DNA from: Haliotis cracherodii
Taxonomy: Eukaryota
Assembly: GCF_022045235.1 (NCBI RefSeq)
Contig: NW_027266277.1
Location: 9,610,001-9,674,000 of the forward strand
Reading direction: 5' to 3'
Length of the DNA: 64,000 nt
The notes under the pieces are model-generated. The model saw nothing but the letters and a program-made list of their open reading frames with translations, was not told the DNA's origin and did not search any database. Numbering within the stretch: position 1 is the stretch's first letter; every line of letters starts with the position of its first letter. Of the stretch, positions 22,444 to 36,225 are shown piece after piece. The translations under genes were made by a program, and so were the position numbers.

Positions 22444-23458
22444 GTGTCCAGTTTGTAGAGCTGATCCTGAAGGTGATGTCATCAGTGTCCAGTTTGTAGA
22501 GCTAATCCTGAGGGTGATGTCATCAGTGTCCAGTTTGTAGAGCTTATCCTGAAGGTGATGTCATCAGTTTGCAGTGTATAGAGCTGATCCTGAAGGTGAT
22601 GTCATCAGTGTCCAGTTTCTAGAGCTAATCCTGAGGGTGATGTCATCAGTGTCCAGTTTGTAGAGCTTATCCTGAGGATGAGGTCATCAGTTTGCTGTGT
22701 ATAGAGCTGATCCTGAAGGTGATGTCATCAGTGTCCAGTTTGTAGAGCTGATCCTGAAGGTGATGTCATCAGTGTCCAGTTTGTAGAGCTGATCCTGTGG
22801 GTGATGTTATCAGTGTCCAGTGTGAAGAGCTGATCCTGAAGGTGATGTCATCAGTGTCCAGTGTGAAGAGCTGATCCTGAAGGTGATGTCATCAGTGTCC
22901 AGTTTGTAGAGCTGATCCTGAAGGTGATGTCATCAGTGTCCAGTTTGTAGAGCTGATCCTGAGGGTGATGTTATCAGTGTCCAGTGTGCAGAGCTGATCC
23001 TGAAGGTGATGTCATCAGTGTCCAGTGTGAAGAGCTGATCCTGTGGGTGATGTTATCAGTGTCCAGTGTGAAGAGCTGATCCTGAAGGTGATGTCATCAG
23101 TGTCCAGTGTGAAGAGCTGATCCTGAAGGTGATGTCATCAGTGTCCAGTTTGTAGAGCTGATCCTGAAGGTGATGTCATCAGTGTCCAGTTTGTAGAGCT
23201 GATCCTGAGGGTGATGTTATCAGTGTCCAGTGTGCAGAGCTGATCCTGAAGGTGATGTCATCAGTGTCCAGTTTGTAGAGCTGATCCTGAGGGTGATGTC
23301 ATCAGTGTCCAGTTTGTAGAGCTGATCCTGAAGGTGATGTCATCAGTGTCCAGTTTGTAGAGCTGATCCTGAAGGTGATGTCATCAGTGTCCAGTGTGTA
23401 GAGCTGATCCTGAAGGTTATATCATCAGTGTCCAGTTTGTAGAGCTGATCCTGAAGGT
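22413..23458. repeat. 41-bp minisatellite starting in the last codons of the oxidoreductase and filling its 3' UTR
   Basis: Unit GCTGATCCTGAAGGTGATGTCATCAGTGTCCAGTTTGTAGA, about 25 copies; the first unit contains the TAA stop. Confidence 0.95.
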
Positions 23459-23745
23459 CATTGAGAGCATTGTCCTCATTGTATTTTATTGCTTATCTCC
23501 TAAAATGGTGGTGCTTCTGATGGATCTGTAATTAAATTCAAATGTGTTAGTTTAGAGTTTCCATATTCTTGACAATGAAAAAAAACACTGGGATTTTTGT
23601 AACAGAAAGTATTTTTGGCCACTGCTTGAAGATGTTCATGGCATACAATTATTTTCTCTGAAAGGAGCTGAGCTACTATCTACAATTACCTTTTGTGTGT
23701 AATCTGTCAGGCTGTGTTATCTATATCCGTCCTGTATTTTCAGTG

Positions 23746-23751
23746 AATAAA
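23746..23751 (+). terminator. Candidate polyadenylation signal of the oxidoreductase
   Basis: AATAAA followed by T-rich sequence. Confidence 0.45.
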
Positions 23752-23866
23752 CAAATTATTTTTGTCCAAAAAATCGAAGCTTCCTATCAAAATATGTTGG
23801 TACTCTATTCAGGGTGGTGGGAAAAGAAAGCGGTTTTGGCATTATCTTCACAAGACCTTGTTCAAA

Positions 23867-26100
23867 GGTGAAGCACCTGATCCTGCTGTCTCCCTGGTAC
23901 AGGTGTGAAGCACCTGGTCCTGGTATCTCCCTGGTACAGGTGTGAAGCACCTGGTCCTTGGGTCTCCCTGGTACAGGTGTGAAGCACCTGATCCTGGTGT
24001 CTCCCTGGTACAGGTGTGAAGCACCTGATCCTTGGGTCTCCCTGGTACAAGTATGAAGCACCTGGTCCTGGTGTCTCCCTGGTACAGGTGTGAAGCACCT
24101 GGTCCTGGGGTCTCCCTGGTACAGGTGTGAAGCACCTGGTCCTTGGGTCTCCCTGGTACAAGTGTGAAGCACCTGATCCTGGTGTCTCCCTAGTACAGGT
24201 GTGAAGCACCTGATCCTGGGGTCTCCTTGGTACAAGTGTGAAGCACCTGATCCTGGTGTTTCCCTAGTACAGGTGTGAATCACCTGATCCTGTGGTCTCC
24301 TTGGTACAAGTATGAAGCACCTGATCCTGGTGTCTCCCTAGTACAGGTGTGAAGCACCTGGTCCTGGGGTCTCCCTGGTACAAGGGTGAAGCACCTGGTC
24401 TTTGGGTCTCCCTGGTACAAGTATGAAGCACCTGATCCTGGTATCTCCCTTGTACAAGTATGAAGCACCTGGTCCTGGGATCTCCCTGGTACAAGGGTGA
24501 AGCACCTGGTCCTTGGGTCTCCCTGGTACAAGTATGAAGCACCTGATCCTGGTATCTCCCTTGTACAAGTGTTAAGCACCTGGTCCTGGAGTCTCCCTGG
24601 TACAAGCGTGGAGCACCTGGTCCTGGAGTCTCCCTGGTACAACTGTGAAGCACCTGGTCCTTGGGTCTCCCTGGTACAAGTGTGAAGCACCTGATCCTGG
24701 TGTCTCCCTAGTACAGGTGTGAAACACCTGATCCTGGTGTCTCCCTGGTACAGGTGTGAAGCATCTGATCCTTGGGTCTCCCTGGTACAAGTGTGAAGCA
24801 CCTGGTCCTTGGGTCTCCCTGGTACAAGTGTGAAGCATCTGATCCTTGGGTCTCCCTGGTACAAGTGTGAAGCACCTGGTCCTTGGGTCTCCCTGGTACA
24901 AGTGTGAAGCACCTGATCCTGGTGTCTCCCTGGTACAGATGTGAAGCACCTGGTCCTGGTGTCTCCCTGGTACAGGTGTGAAGCACCTGGTCCTGGGGTC
25001 TCCCTGGTACAGGTGTGAAGCACCTGGTTCTTGGGTCTCCCTGGTACAAGTGTGAAGCACCTGATCCTGGGGTCTCCCTTGTGCAAGTATGAAGCATCTG
25101 ATCCTGGTATCTCCCTGGTACAAGCGTGGAGCACCTGGTCCTGATATCTCCCTGGTACAAGGGTGAAACACCTGGTCCTTGGGTCTCCCAGGTAAAGTAT
25201 GAAGCACGTGATCCTGGTATCTCCCTGGTACAAGGGTGAAGCACCTGGTCCTTGGGTCTCCCTGGTACAAGGGTGAAGCACCTGATCCTGGTGTCTCCCT
25301 AGTACAGGTGTGAAGCACCTGATCCTGTGGTCTCCCTGGTACAAGTGTGAAGCACCTGATCCTGGTGTCTCCCTGGTACAAGTGTGAAGCACCTGATCCT
25401 GGTGTCTCCCTAGTACAGGTGTGAAGCACCTGATCCTGTGGTCTCCCTGGTACAAGTATGAAGCACCTGGTCCTGGGGTCTCCCTGGTACAAGTATGAAG
25501 CACCTGGTCCTTGGATCTCCCTGGTACAAGTGTGAAGCACCTGATCCTGGTGTCTCCCTAGTACAGGTGTGAAGCACCTGATTCTGTGGTCTCCCTGGTA
25601 CAAGTGTGAAGCACCTGATCCTGGTGTCTCCCTAGTACAGGTGTGAAGCACCTGATTCTGTGGTCTCCCTGGTACAAGTGTGAAGCACCTGATTCTGTGG
25701 TCTCCCTGGTACAAGTGTGAAGCACCTGATCCTGTGGTCTCCCTGGTACAAGTATGAAGCACCTGGTCCTGGTGTCTCCCTGGTACAAGTGTGAAGCACC
25801 TGGTCCTGGTGTCTCCCTGGTACAAGTATGAAGCACCTGGTCCTGGGGTCTCCCTGGTACAAGTATAAAGCACCTGGTCCTGGTGTCTCCCTGGTACAAG
25901 TATGAAGCACCTGGTCCTGGGGTCTCCCTGGTACAAGTATAAAGCACCTGGTCCTGGGGTCTCCCTGGTACAAGTATAAAGCACCTGGTCCTGGGGTCTC
26001 CCTGGTACAAGTATGAAGCACCTGGCCCTGGTATCTCCATGGTTCAAGCGTGGAGCACCTGGTCCTGGGGCCTACCGGGTACAAGTATGAAGTACCTGTT
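23867..26100. repeat. 37-bp minisatellite GTGAAGCACCTGGTCCTGGTGTCTCCCTGGTACAAGT
   Basis: Direct periodicity; explains all ORFs at 23756-26084. Confidence 0.95.
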
Positions 26101-26423
26101 CCTGGCTGTCATACCAAAAGACATTAAAAGATGGAACTTCTTGTAATAACAAGGACTCGTCGGCTCGAACTGTGACTGCATGAGTAGGGTACTCATGTTT
26201 AACTGCGACCTGATATCTCAGTACCGGACTAGTACAAGCACAGACAAGCACAGACAAGCACAGACAGACAGGCTGACACACACATACACACACACACACT
26301 TGGATCTATGCTCATGATATCAATCACTGGATTGTCTGGTCCAGACTCGATTATTTACAGACCGCCATCATATATCTGGAATATTGCCGATTGCGGCGTT
26401 AAACAACAAACCAACCAACCAAC
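26100..26423 (+). mobile_element. Decayed SINE family 3 body followed by a SINE family 1 3' half
   Basis: GTCATACCAAAAGACATTAAAAGATGG matches 43530; 26302-26423 is the reverse complement of 2617-2735. Confidence 0.7.
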
Positions 26424-26700
26424 TCCAGTGAAGTGCATCTCTTCACTAATACGAATACGGTTACTGGAAAGTGTATATAAGCGAAAGTATTTGCATGGAC
26501 CTGAAGGTACTTTAATCTAAGTGTGTCGCACCTGACATTGGCATACGAAGATGTATTCGTATGGGACAATTCCAGTACAAACACATTCTTAACGGATGTG
26601 GTACAAACAGCAAACAATGCTATAATGTGATCAGCTCACAGCTAGAAGTGTCGCAATTATTGAAATAGTTGAAAATCACTCTAAATTGTATTGCAATCTA

Positions 26701-28183
26701 TACTCACCAACAAAAGTTCCTGTGACACCAATATTATTATTTTTCAAACAAGTTTGGTTTTCAACATTGTAGTACATGTATGGAATCAAGTCACAAAAAC
26801 GCAACTGCCACAGAAAAGCATGCATTTTATCCAAAAGTTGACTTTTATGCAAGCCCCATGCATTTCACTACCCAAGAATAGGTGTACAAAAACGTGCGTT
26901 AACGGGATTCCATATGCATTGTTTAGCATCCTGCTGACAACTACTCAGAAAAACAAAATTACGCAATTATTCAACATTACAAAATGCCACGCCTGTCCGA
27001 AAATGAGCGCCTGCGAGCCATTGGTATGCTTGAAGCAGGATCGAGTCAACGTGATGTTGCAAGACAATTTAATGTCCACAGAAACACCATTTGGTGTTTA
27101 TGGGAACGTTGGCAACAGGAGAATGCAGTCAGACACTGCATTCACGCGTAACCAATAATCGACAAGACAACTGGATTCGAATAACACACCTACGAACACG
27201 ATTGCAGCCAGCAACAGTGACTGCAAGAAGCATCCCTGGCCTTCGACGAATATCTTCACAAACCGTACGTCGTCGCCTCAGATGTGCAGGGATTGTCGCC
27301 AGAAGACCCGCCAGACGTCCCATTTTGACAGGAAACCACCGTCAAGCACGTCTACAGTAGTGCAGACAGCGTCTTCGCTGGACGGCCATGCAGTGGGGAC
27401 AAGTTCTAATCCTAATCACTGACGAGTCTCGTTTTCACCTCAGCCACAGCGATGGACGGATTCGAGTGTACCGACGTCGAGGTGAACGTTTTGTCAATCA
27501 TTGTGTCATGGAAGAAGATCGGTTCGGGGGCGGCAGCGTTATGGTATGGGGTGGGAGTACAGCAAGATAGAGGACCCGTTTGATAGTGGTAGAGGGAAAT
27601 CTCAATGGACAGCGCTACCGCGACGAGATCATCTGCCCTGTTGTTCTACTGTTTGGCGTCGTCATGGCCCATGCATTACCTTTCAACGTGACAACGCCCG
27701 GCCTCATATTGCTCGACTTGTTCAGGATTCTCTTCAACAAAACAATGTGAATGTCATCCCCTGGCTGGCTCGCTCCCCTGATCTTTCATCAATCGAGCAC
27801 AAGTGGGATGAGATGGTTCGGCGCCTTCGACGTCACATGTTCCACAGACACTCCAGGAACTTCGAAACATGCTCCAGCAGATATGGACAGATATTCCACA
27901 GGACTTTGTGCGACGCCTGGTCCATTCCATGAAACGAAGATGTATTCCTTGCATCGCAACCAGAGGTGGACTCACACGCTATTGATTTATAAATTGACAT
28001 TTTGGCATGTTCATGTTTTTTTTAATGAAATCACGCATTTTCTGAAGTCAGTATGGCAAATTAAACATTTGAACACTTACGGGAGTCTTTTAGCTATTGC
28101 AAACCGAAATTGTTTCAGATTTGGTAAAAAACAACTTTGCATTAAATCTTATTTGATGTCACAGGAACTTTTGTTGATCAGTA
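26701..28183 (+). mobile_element. Tc1 (DD34E) DNA transposon, full length, transposase disrupted
   Basis: TA-flanked TIRs TACTCACCAACAAAAGTTCCTGTGACA / TGTCACAGGAACTTTTGTTGATCAGTA; MPRLSENER HTH, TDESRF, FQRDNARPH-x-SPDLSSIE with 34-residue D-E spacing; stop codon and frameshifts. Confidence 0.95.
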
Positions 28184-28257
28184 TATTTCATTCAGTCAAC
28201 GAACCTCTCAACTGCATACAAATTAAATAGTCCAAACAGTCTACCTTATGTCGTAAC

Positions 28258-29437
28258 AAACACCCATCTTGCCCACAACACTCGTCCATCTCGCCCGCAA
28301 CACTCTTTCATCTTGCCCCCAACACTCTTCCATCTTACCCGCAAAACACTTCCATCTTACCCGCAACACACTTCAATCTTACCCGCAATACACTTCCATC
28401 TCGCCCGCAACACTCTTCCATCTTGCCCACAACACTCTTCCATCTCGCCGGCACCATTCTTCCATCTCACCCGCAACACTCTTCCATCTCACCCGCAATA
28501 CTCTTCCATCTCGCCCGCAACACTCTTCCATCTCGCCCGTAACACTCTTCCATCTCGCCCGTAACACTCTTCCATCTCGAACGCAATACACTTCCATCTC
28601 ACCCGCAACACACTTCCATCTCGCCCCCAACACTCTTCCATCTCGCCCGTAATACTCTTCCATCTCGCCCGCAACACTCTTCCATCTCACCCGCAATACT
28701 CTTCCATCTCGCCCGCAACGCTCTTCCATCTCGCCCGTAACACTCTTCCATCTCGCCCGTTACACTCTTCCATCTCGCCCGTAACACTCTTCCATCTCGC
28801 ACGCAATACACTTCCATCTCACCCGCAACACTCTTCCATCTCGCCCGTAACACTCTTCCATCTCGCCCGCAACACTCTTCCATCTCGCCCGTAACACTCT
28901 TCCATCTCGCCCGCAACATTCTTCCATTTCGCCCGCAACACTCTTCCATCTCACCCGCAACACTCTTCCATCTCGCCCGCAATACACTTCCATCTCGCCC
29001 GCAACACTCTTCCATCTCGCCCGTAACGCTCTTCCATCTCGCGCGCAATACACTTCCATCTTACCCACAATACACTTCCATCTCGCCCGCAACGCTCTTC
29101 CATCTCGCCCGCAACACTCTTCCATCTCGCCCGTAACACTCTTCCATCTCGCCCGCAACACTCTTCCATCTCGCCCGTAACACTCTTCCATCTCGCCCGC
29201 AACACTCTTCCATCTCGCTCGTAACACTCTTCCTTCTCGCCCGTAACACTCTTCCATCTCGCTCGTAACACTCTTCCATCTCGCCCGCAACACTCTTCCC
29301 TTTTGGCCCGCAACACTCTTCCATCTCGCCTGCAACACTCTTCCATCTCGCCCGCAATACTCTTCCATCTCGCTCGCAATACGCTTCTATCTCGCCCGCA
29401 ATACTCTTCCATCTCGGCCGTAACACACTTCCATCAT
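28258..29437. repeat. 21-22-bp minisatellite CTCGCCCGCAACACTCTTCCAT
   Basis: Direct periodicity. Confidence 0.95.
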
Positions 29438-29439
29438 CC

Positions 29440-29604
29440 GTTGAAAGATGTTACTTGTTACCCAGTCTGGCACTCGTCATTAAGGGGCTAAAACAAGGGC
29501 TGGTCGGCTCGGAGTCAGTATACTGTGTCGGAGTGGGGTATTCGTTTAAACTGCGGCATGGTATCTCAGTGGGCTAGCACTTTAAATCGGTATCAGTCCG
29601 GACG

Positions 29605-29660
<56 letters not shown>

Positions 29661-30300
29661 GTGCATGCACGTCGCTATGTAGGGTCACTCTAAAAAAAAG
29701 GAACATTTCCTGTCCACATGAATTTTCTTGAAAAAAATTCATAATACTGTTTTCAGATTACTTGACAATGAAGGTATTTATCAGATGTATGCAATATTCT
29801 GATCAAATTACTGCTATAACCTTATGTTAGCCAGTGAAATACCTTAAATGTGTCATGTTGCCATGAATGTCTTTCCTGTCACCAGGTTTCTGCCATCTCA
29901 AAAGTTATAATTGGTTCAACTCTGCTGACAAATATATATATATTTCATAATATAACTAATAACTAATATTACCTTATAGAATAATGGTAGTTCCATTTCA
30001 GTGTAAGCAGTAGACAAGTTTATCGTACATCTTTCTGCAAATAATTCCGTTGTATGCATATATTTACAGTCTAATAATTTAATAAAGTCAATGAATGAAA
30101 TAGTTTTCTGCAAAAAGGAAAATAAGACATATATACACTTTACACTTATATTCAGTAATTGTTATGTTATTTATCTGCTCAATAAAAACATTTCAAAAAG
30201 GAATTCTGATTTGTTGTTTTTCACAGGCCAAAATGTTACTTTTTTAGAGAATGACCCATATAAGTGCAATAATCTTGGACGCGACGTTAATCCCAACTTC
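29440..30300 (+). mobile_element. 5'-truncated SINE family 3 (Meta/MESC-domain-like) with (CA)n, split by a MITE
   Basis: Body matches 43540-43700; tail GCAATAATCTTGGACGCGACGTTAA resumes at about 30265. Confidence 0.8.
29682..30257. mobile_element. MITE with GGG...CCC ends (PIF/Harbinger-like)
   Basis: GGGTCACTCTAAAAAAAAG ... CTTTTTTTAGAGAATGACCC, flanked by GTA/ATA. Confidence 0.6.
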
Positions 30301-32163
30301 ACCATCTTCCCCGTAACACACTTCCATCTTGGCTGTTGTGTCCGTAACACACTTCCATCTTGCCTGTAACACATTTCCATCTTCCCCGTAACACACTTCC
30401 ATCTTACCCGTTGCCTGTCACACACTTCCATCTTGGCTGTTGTGACTGTAACACACTTCCATCTTACCCGTTGCCTGTCACACACTTCCATCTTGGCTGT
30501 TGTGACTGTAACACACTTCCATCTTGGCTGTTGTGACTGTAACACACTTCCATCTTGGCTGTTGTGACTGTAACACACTTCCATCTTGGATGTTGTGACT
30601 GTAACACACTTCCATCTTGGCTGTTGTGACTGTAACACACTTCCATCTTGGCTGTTGTGACTGTAACACACTTCCATCTTGGCTGTTGTGACTGTAACAC
30701 ACTTCCATCTTGGCTGTTGTGACTGTAACACACTTCCATCTTGGATGTTGTGACTGTAACACACTTCCATCTTGGCTGTTGTGACTGTAACACACTTCCA
30801 TCTTGGCTGTTGTGACTGTAATACACTTCCATCTTGGCTGTTGTGACTGTAACACACTTCCATCTTGGATGTTGTGACTGTAACACACTTCCATCTTGGC
30901 TGTTGTGACTGTAACACACTTCCATCTTGGCTCTTGTGACTGTAACACACTTCAATCTTGCCCATAACACACTTCCATCTTGGCTGTTGTGTCCGTAACA
31001 CACTACCATCTTGCCCATAACACATTTCCATCTTGCCCATAACACACTTTCATCTTGCCCATAACACACTTCCATCTTGCCCATAACACACTTCCATCTT
31101 TCCCATAACACACTTCCATCTTGCCATAACACACTTCCATCTTGCCCATAACACACTTCCATCTTGCCCATAACACACTTCCATCTTGCCCATAACACAC
31201 TTCCATCTTGCCTGTAGCACACTCCCATCTTGCCCGTGACACACTTCTATCTTGGCTGTTGTGTCCGTAACACACTACCATCTTGCCCATAACACACTTC
31301 CATCTTGCCCATAACACACTTCCATCTTGCCCATAACACACTTCCATCTTTCCCATAACAAACTTCCATCTTGCCCGTGACACACTTCCATCTTGGCTGT
31401 TGTGTCCGTAACACATTTCCATCTTGCCCATAACACACTTCCATCTTGCCCGTGACACACTTCCATCTTGCCCATAACACACTTCCATCTTGCCCATAAC
31501 ACACTTCCATCCTGCCCGTAACACACTTCCATCTTTCCCATAACACACTTCCATCTTTCCCATAACACACTTCCATCTTTCCCATAACACACTTCCATCT
31601 TTCCCATAACACACTTCCATCTTTCCCATAACACACTTCCATCTTGCCTGTAGCACACTCCCATCTTGCCCGTAACACATTTCCATCTTGCCTGTAGCAC
31701 ACTCCCATCCTGTCCGTAACACACTTCCATCTTGCCTGTAGCACACTCCCATCCTGTCCGTAACACACTCCCATCCTGCCTGTAGCACACTCCCATCCTG
31801 TCCGTAACACACTTCCATCTTGCCTGTAGCACACTCCCATCCTGTCCGTAACACACTCCCATCCTGCCCGTAACACACTTCCATCTTGCCCATAACACAC
31901 TTCTATCTTGCCTGTAGCACACTCCCATCTTGCCCATAACACACTTCCATCTTGGCTGTTGTGTCCGTAACACACTTCCATCTTTCCCATAACACACTTC
32001 CATCTTGCCTGTAGCACACTCCCATCTTGCCCATAACACACTTCCATCTTGCCCGTAACACACTTCCATCTTGGCTGTTGTGTCCGTAACACACTAACAT
32101 CTTGCCCGTAACACACTTCCATCTTGGCTGTTGTGACCGTAACACACTTCCATCTTGCCCGTA
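30298..32163. repeat. 22/31-bp minisatellite sharing the core TAACACACTTCCATCTTG with the 28258-29437 array
   Basis: Direct periodicity with two unit types. Confidence 0.93.
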
Positions 32164-32741
32164 AGATATATCAGCTTACGGGTACACCTCTGCACGGTGA
32201 CCCGTGTCTCAATACAAAACAGTAGATCACAAGTGTAGCTGCATACCGCACTTTATTGGGCGGTGGGGTAGCCGAGTGGTTAAAGCGTTCGCTCGTCACG
32301 CCGATGGACCGTGTTCAATTCCCCACATAGGTACAATGTGTCAAGCCCAATTTGTAAACTAGCTCAAAGCTAATACATATATCTGTATATTTGCTTGTGT
32401 TGAAATCCAGGACCTGTACTCATATACAAGCTATATAATCTCCCAATTACAACTGAAACCCTCACAGTGTAACATGCATGACACTGATATTCAATATCTG
32501 TCCAGTGGCATCCATCTGCCTGTGAATGGTCCCGAGCGGATTGGTTTTGTGTTGGAACTACATGAGCTACCTATGCAAATGCCAATTTACGTTGATACCT
32601 CTCCAACCGAAAATTACATTCGGTACTCCTCAATTATATTCGTTTTGATCAGATATGCTTTTCTGAAGGCTTCGCTCACTCGTGCCGAAAATTTTGATAC
32701 CTCGACGCCGATTGGCTGCTTAGAAAGTTCAATCTCATTAA

Positions 32742-33778
32742 AATCAGATCTTTGTTCTCGCTATCGCTAAACAAAGATTTGAGGACACCCCATTACGGGT
32801 CACGTCAGAACGACCTTTCATCCGACCAATTAAAGCGTCACTTACCAGGTCATGAAAGTGACAGCCGGAATGTGTTTTCTAATCATGCAACCTCGAAAAC
32901 ATTAACACTGGGTATTCCGAACGACAGTTACGACCCGTACGACTGATTCCATCATAATTATCATCTATCTCTCGCTTCCGTGGGATAAACATTTAAACGG
33001 AAGAGGCGTTGCACTGTACGTGGGAAGCACTGCCATAAATCTCAACCATATAAAAATTGAAATCTACATATGTTAGACATTCCGGAATGATCATTTGTTC
33101 AGTTTTCAATTTTTTTTATAGAGCACTGTGTCAACATATTTTTGAAGCTTAGTCTGAAATGCAAGTCGCCAGGTTGAAACGAGTGCCGTAAAGCTTGAGA
33201 AAGCTGGTTTCTAATTGGCTGATGTCGACTTCTTGTTAGTCGGTTCAGTGGTCGGTCAAAGTTCGCAAAAGGTCGTTTTGACCATTCGTGACCATCTCGT
33301 GTTATTCCGGAAAAAGCCGAATAGCGACTCGTGCCCTTCTCATGGCCATTTTTGCGACCGGGTTCCGTCTTAGCGCAAACGGGCATACCTAAAACAATTG
33401 TCAACTCGTTGCGTAATGGTTCACATATAATTTCCCCATGCATTATATATATTTCAGATGCAATTTCAAGCACATTAGGACGTGCGGAATTATACAGTAT
33501 GATTGAACACATTTAACTGTGTCTTGGGTATATTTTAAGATGCAAGACATATGTAAAATCAAAAATTATTTCTGAGGGATTCTTTGACGAAGAACTTAAA
33601 ATCATACGCGCATTCTGATTGGTTTGTCGTATTTTCGCACATAACATTCATCGATAGGGAGACGAGTCTTCTAGCAGGTTACGGAAAGGGGCGAGTGGTG
33701 ACGAATGCGTTCTGACGTGACCCGTAATGGGATGTCCTCAGATCTTTGTTTAGCGGCAGCGAGAACTTAGATCTGATT
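32742..33778. mobile_element. Non-autonomous DNA transposon with about 70-bp TIRs and TTAA flanks (Kolobok-like)
   Basis: TTAA|AATCAGATCTTTGTTCTCGCT...GGGTCACGTCAGAACG and its inverse at 33708-33778|TTAA; ends are not CC..GG, so piggyBac is less likely. Confidence 0.75.
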
Positions 33779-34983
33779 TTAAAGTTTATTACGCAGTGAG
33801 GTATCCTTAAAAAAGATTAGATTTTAATTAAATTGAGTGAACTTATGTCGTGCCCTGTTTGTCAGTCGTCCGTCGTTAAGATCTTCATTTTCGAAACTAT
33901 GCTGTATTGATATACCTGAAACGTGTCATACATAGTCCCCAAACTAATCAGACAATAGTACCACCATGGCTCTCATAGTGAAAACATATTTGTAACCAAA
34001 CGCGACTGATGTACGATGTTAATTTTTACCAAGTGTGACTATTAGGTTTTTATCATTTTAATTCCCTAAAAGCATTCTTGCCTCTGTAAATATGATCTCC
34101 TTAGAAACCACGGGGCCAGTGAAGCTAACACTTCACATTCATGCTCCATCATAAGTCATAAGTCATAAGTCAATGCTCAACTATGGGAGCTATGATATAT
34201 GATATTAATGCTGAGATCATTTTGTGGAACGGGACCCACCCCTTGTGTTATGCCGGTAAGGCCGAACGCCAGGCAGGATAACAACAAGGATAACCATTTA
34301 GCGTATTTTGGTATGGGATCGAACGTATGAGCTTCCGCTATCCATCCGACGCTCTATCCACTACAACACGGAGGCGGTCCCCATCCAGTTTTAAGGGAGA
34401 TATGGTTATCATGCTGTGTGACGTGGCCATCGTACCAAACACTGTTGATCGTTACCCTCAAAGTTTCAGTTCCTGGTTTTCACCACCCAGACCGCCGTAA
34501 TAAAGCTGGAATAAAGCTGGAATAAAGCTACATGCGGTGTGAAAACATTCACTCTCTCCTCGCATCCACAACACTGCCAGATTTCATGGGCTTGGCTGTA
34601 TATATTTTTTCTTCCCTAAAGGAGCAAACCTTTTTCAAATAATTGGAGATTAGTAGTTTTAAATTCCGATATAAGATAACGGATATCGATTGTCTTAATT
34701 CGTTTGTCTTTATTCGTGAAGATTTGTATGGAGGAATTCAAATGCTTCTACGGCGTTATCCCATTTGATCATGTTGACGCTAATGTACAGATGGAAGCAA
34801 GTGTGAGCTGAGACTAGTGGGGGTTACGGCAGTCTACCGTGGGGCTACCAACTGACTACCCCCGGTGGGCAGGAAATGTAGACAATTAAGGAAACTAAGT
34901 TAATTAGTAAACTGAGAGTTGGTCTACTTCAACTAATCGAGTCTGTGAAGTCAGCTCCTGCTCAGTGTGGTGCGGATTGCAGG

Positions 34984-35041
34984 ATGAAGAACGTGGTAAA
35001 CCTTTCTCTTGGATTGGGACTGTCTATATTTCTCGCGATAG
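34984..35041 (+). CDS. Ig gene A exon 1 (signal peptide MKNVVNLSLGLGLSIFLAIG)
   Basis: ATG, hydrophobic stretch, G/GTAGGT phase-1 donor. Confidence 0.75.
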
Positions 35042-35199
35042 GTAGGTAATATTTCCTTTTTCTCACGTGTCACCTTGAAGGAAACCATTTCCTCGCTTCA
35101 TTTTCTTCAGTTTACTTGTATTTTCACTGGCCGATTGCCAATGTCATATCCAAAACCGGTCATTTGTTTTACAGGAAATTGATTCAATGTCGTGGGGAA

Positions 35200-35356
35200 C
35201 AGTATGGTTTTGCGCTGCTTATGGTAATATTCAAGCAATATCACGACTGGGGACACCAGAAATGGCCTTGACACATTGACACCAATGTGGGGAATCGAAC
35301 ACGGGCCCTCGGCGTGACCAGCGAACACTTTAACCACTCGGCTACCCCGGCGCCCG
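35200..35356 (-). mobile_element. SINE family 2
   Basis: Reverse complement of the 18308 copy. Confidence 0.85.
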
Positions 35357-35648
35357 TGGGGTAGCATTAACACAGTATTGCAGAACAATGTAATTAATAT
35401 ACTAGTCCAGTGCATTATCGCCATAGATAATCACCCGTAGATAATTTGTCCAACTGTAACTAAAAACAATCAAATATCACGTCGTCATATATTGTGTACT
35501 CTGAGGTCCGCGCGTGAAAGCGCTTCTGATTGGTTCTCCTGTTTCTGGTTGCATGTCTCTCGACAGTAATGCAATATGTTTAGAGTACTCTTGTAACAGG
35601 TTGTTTACCAGAATGTTTCTGCGTGTCATGTGTATACATATCATGCAG

Positions 35649-35838
35649 GTTATGCATCAGCGTGTGAGGATCTATTTCTACAAAACGAAGATGAGGAAAT
35701 TGTCAATGGAACAGTCTACACTACAAGAGGGGCGCTTTTGATCCTTGTGTGCGATGGGACATGTCAGGGAGCTGGGTTCACCCCTAATTTAAAATGGTAC
35801 ACTCCATCTGGAGAGAAAGTCTCAACATTTCCTGGAAG
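35649..35838 (+). CDS. Ig gene A exon 2 (YASACEDLFLQ...LILVCDGTCQG...LKWYTPSGEKV)
   Basis: CAG acceptor, AG/GTAC donor, phase 1-2; B-strand Cys and C-strand Trp of an Ig fold. Confidence 0.85.
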
Positions 35839-35989
35839 GTACCTGTTCATTTACAGACTTTAACGTGTTCATGTGACGTGATTGGGTATATGTGTCATGG
35901 CTTGATATTCCCATAGGATATATGCGTGGTTGTTATACCTCACTTCGACAAAGGTGAAATTACTTGAAGCCAACTATTGTTGTTTGGCA

Positions 35990-36225
35990 TCTGTTTGTTG
36001 TTTAACGTCACATTCAGCAATATTCCAGCTATATGACGAGGCGGTTTGTAAATAAATCTGGTTCAGACAATCCAGTGATTGACATCATGAGCATCGATCC
36101 ACGCAAGTCAGCGAGCCTGACATCTCGATCCTGTTAATCGCCTTTTCTGACAAGCACAGTAACCACTTAGTGTACGACAAGCACGGGTTGCTGAAGACCT
36201 ATTCTAACCGGATGGTCACGGGTAA
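35990..36225 (-). mobile_element. SINE family 1
   Basis: Matches 2617-2946. Confidence 0.8.

Noticed and set aside
23756-32145. Many long repeat ORFs (HTCTRETPG, RARWKSV, MEVCYGQDG)
   Set aside because: Non-triplet units give the same peptide in all frames; artefacts.
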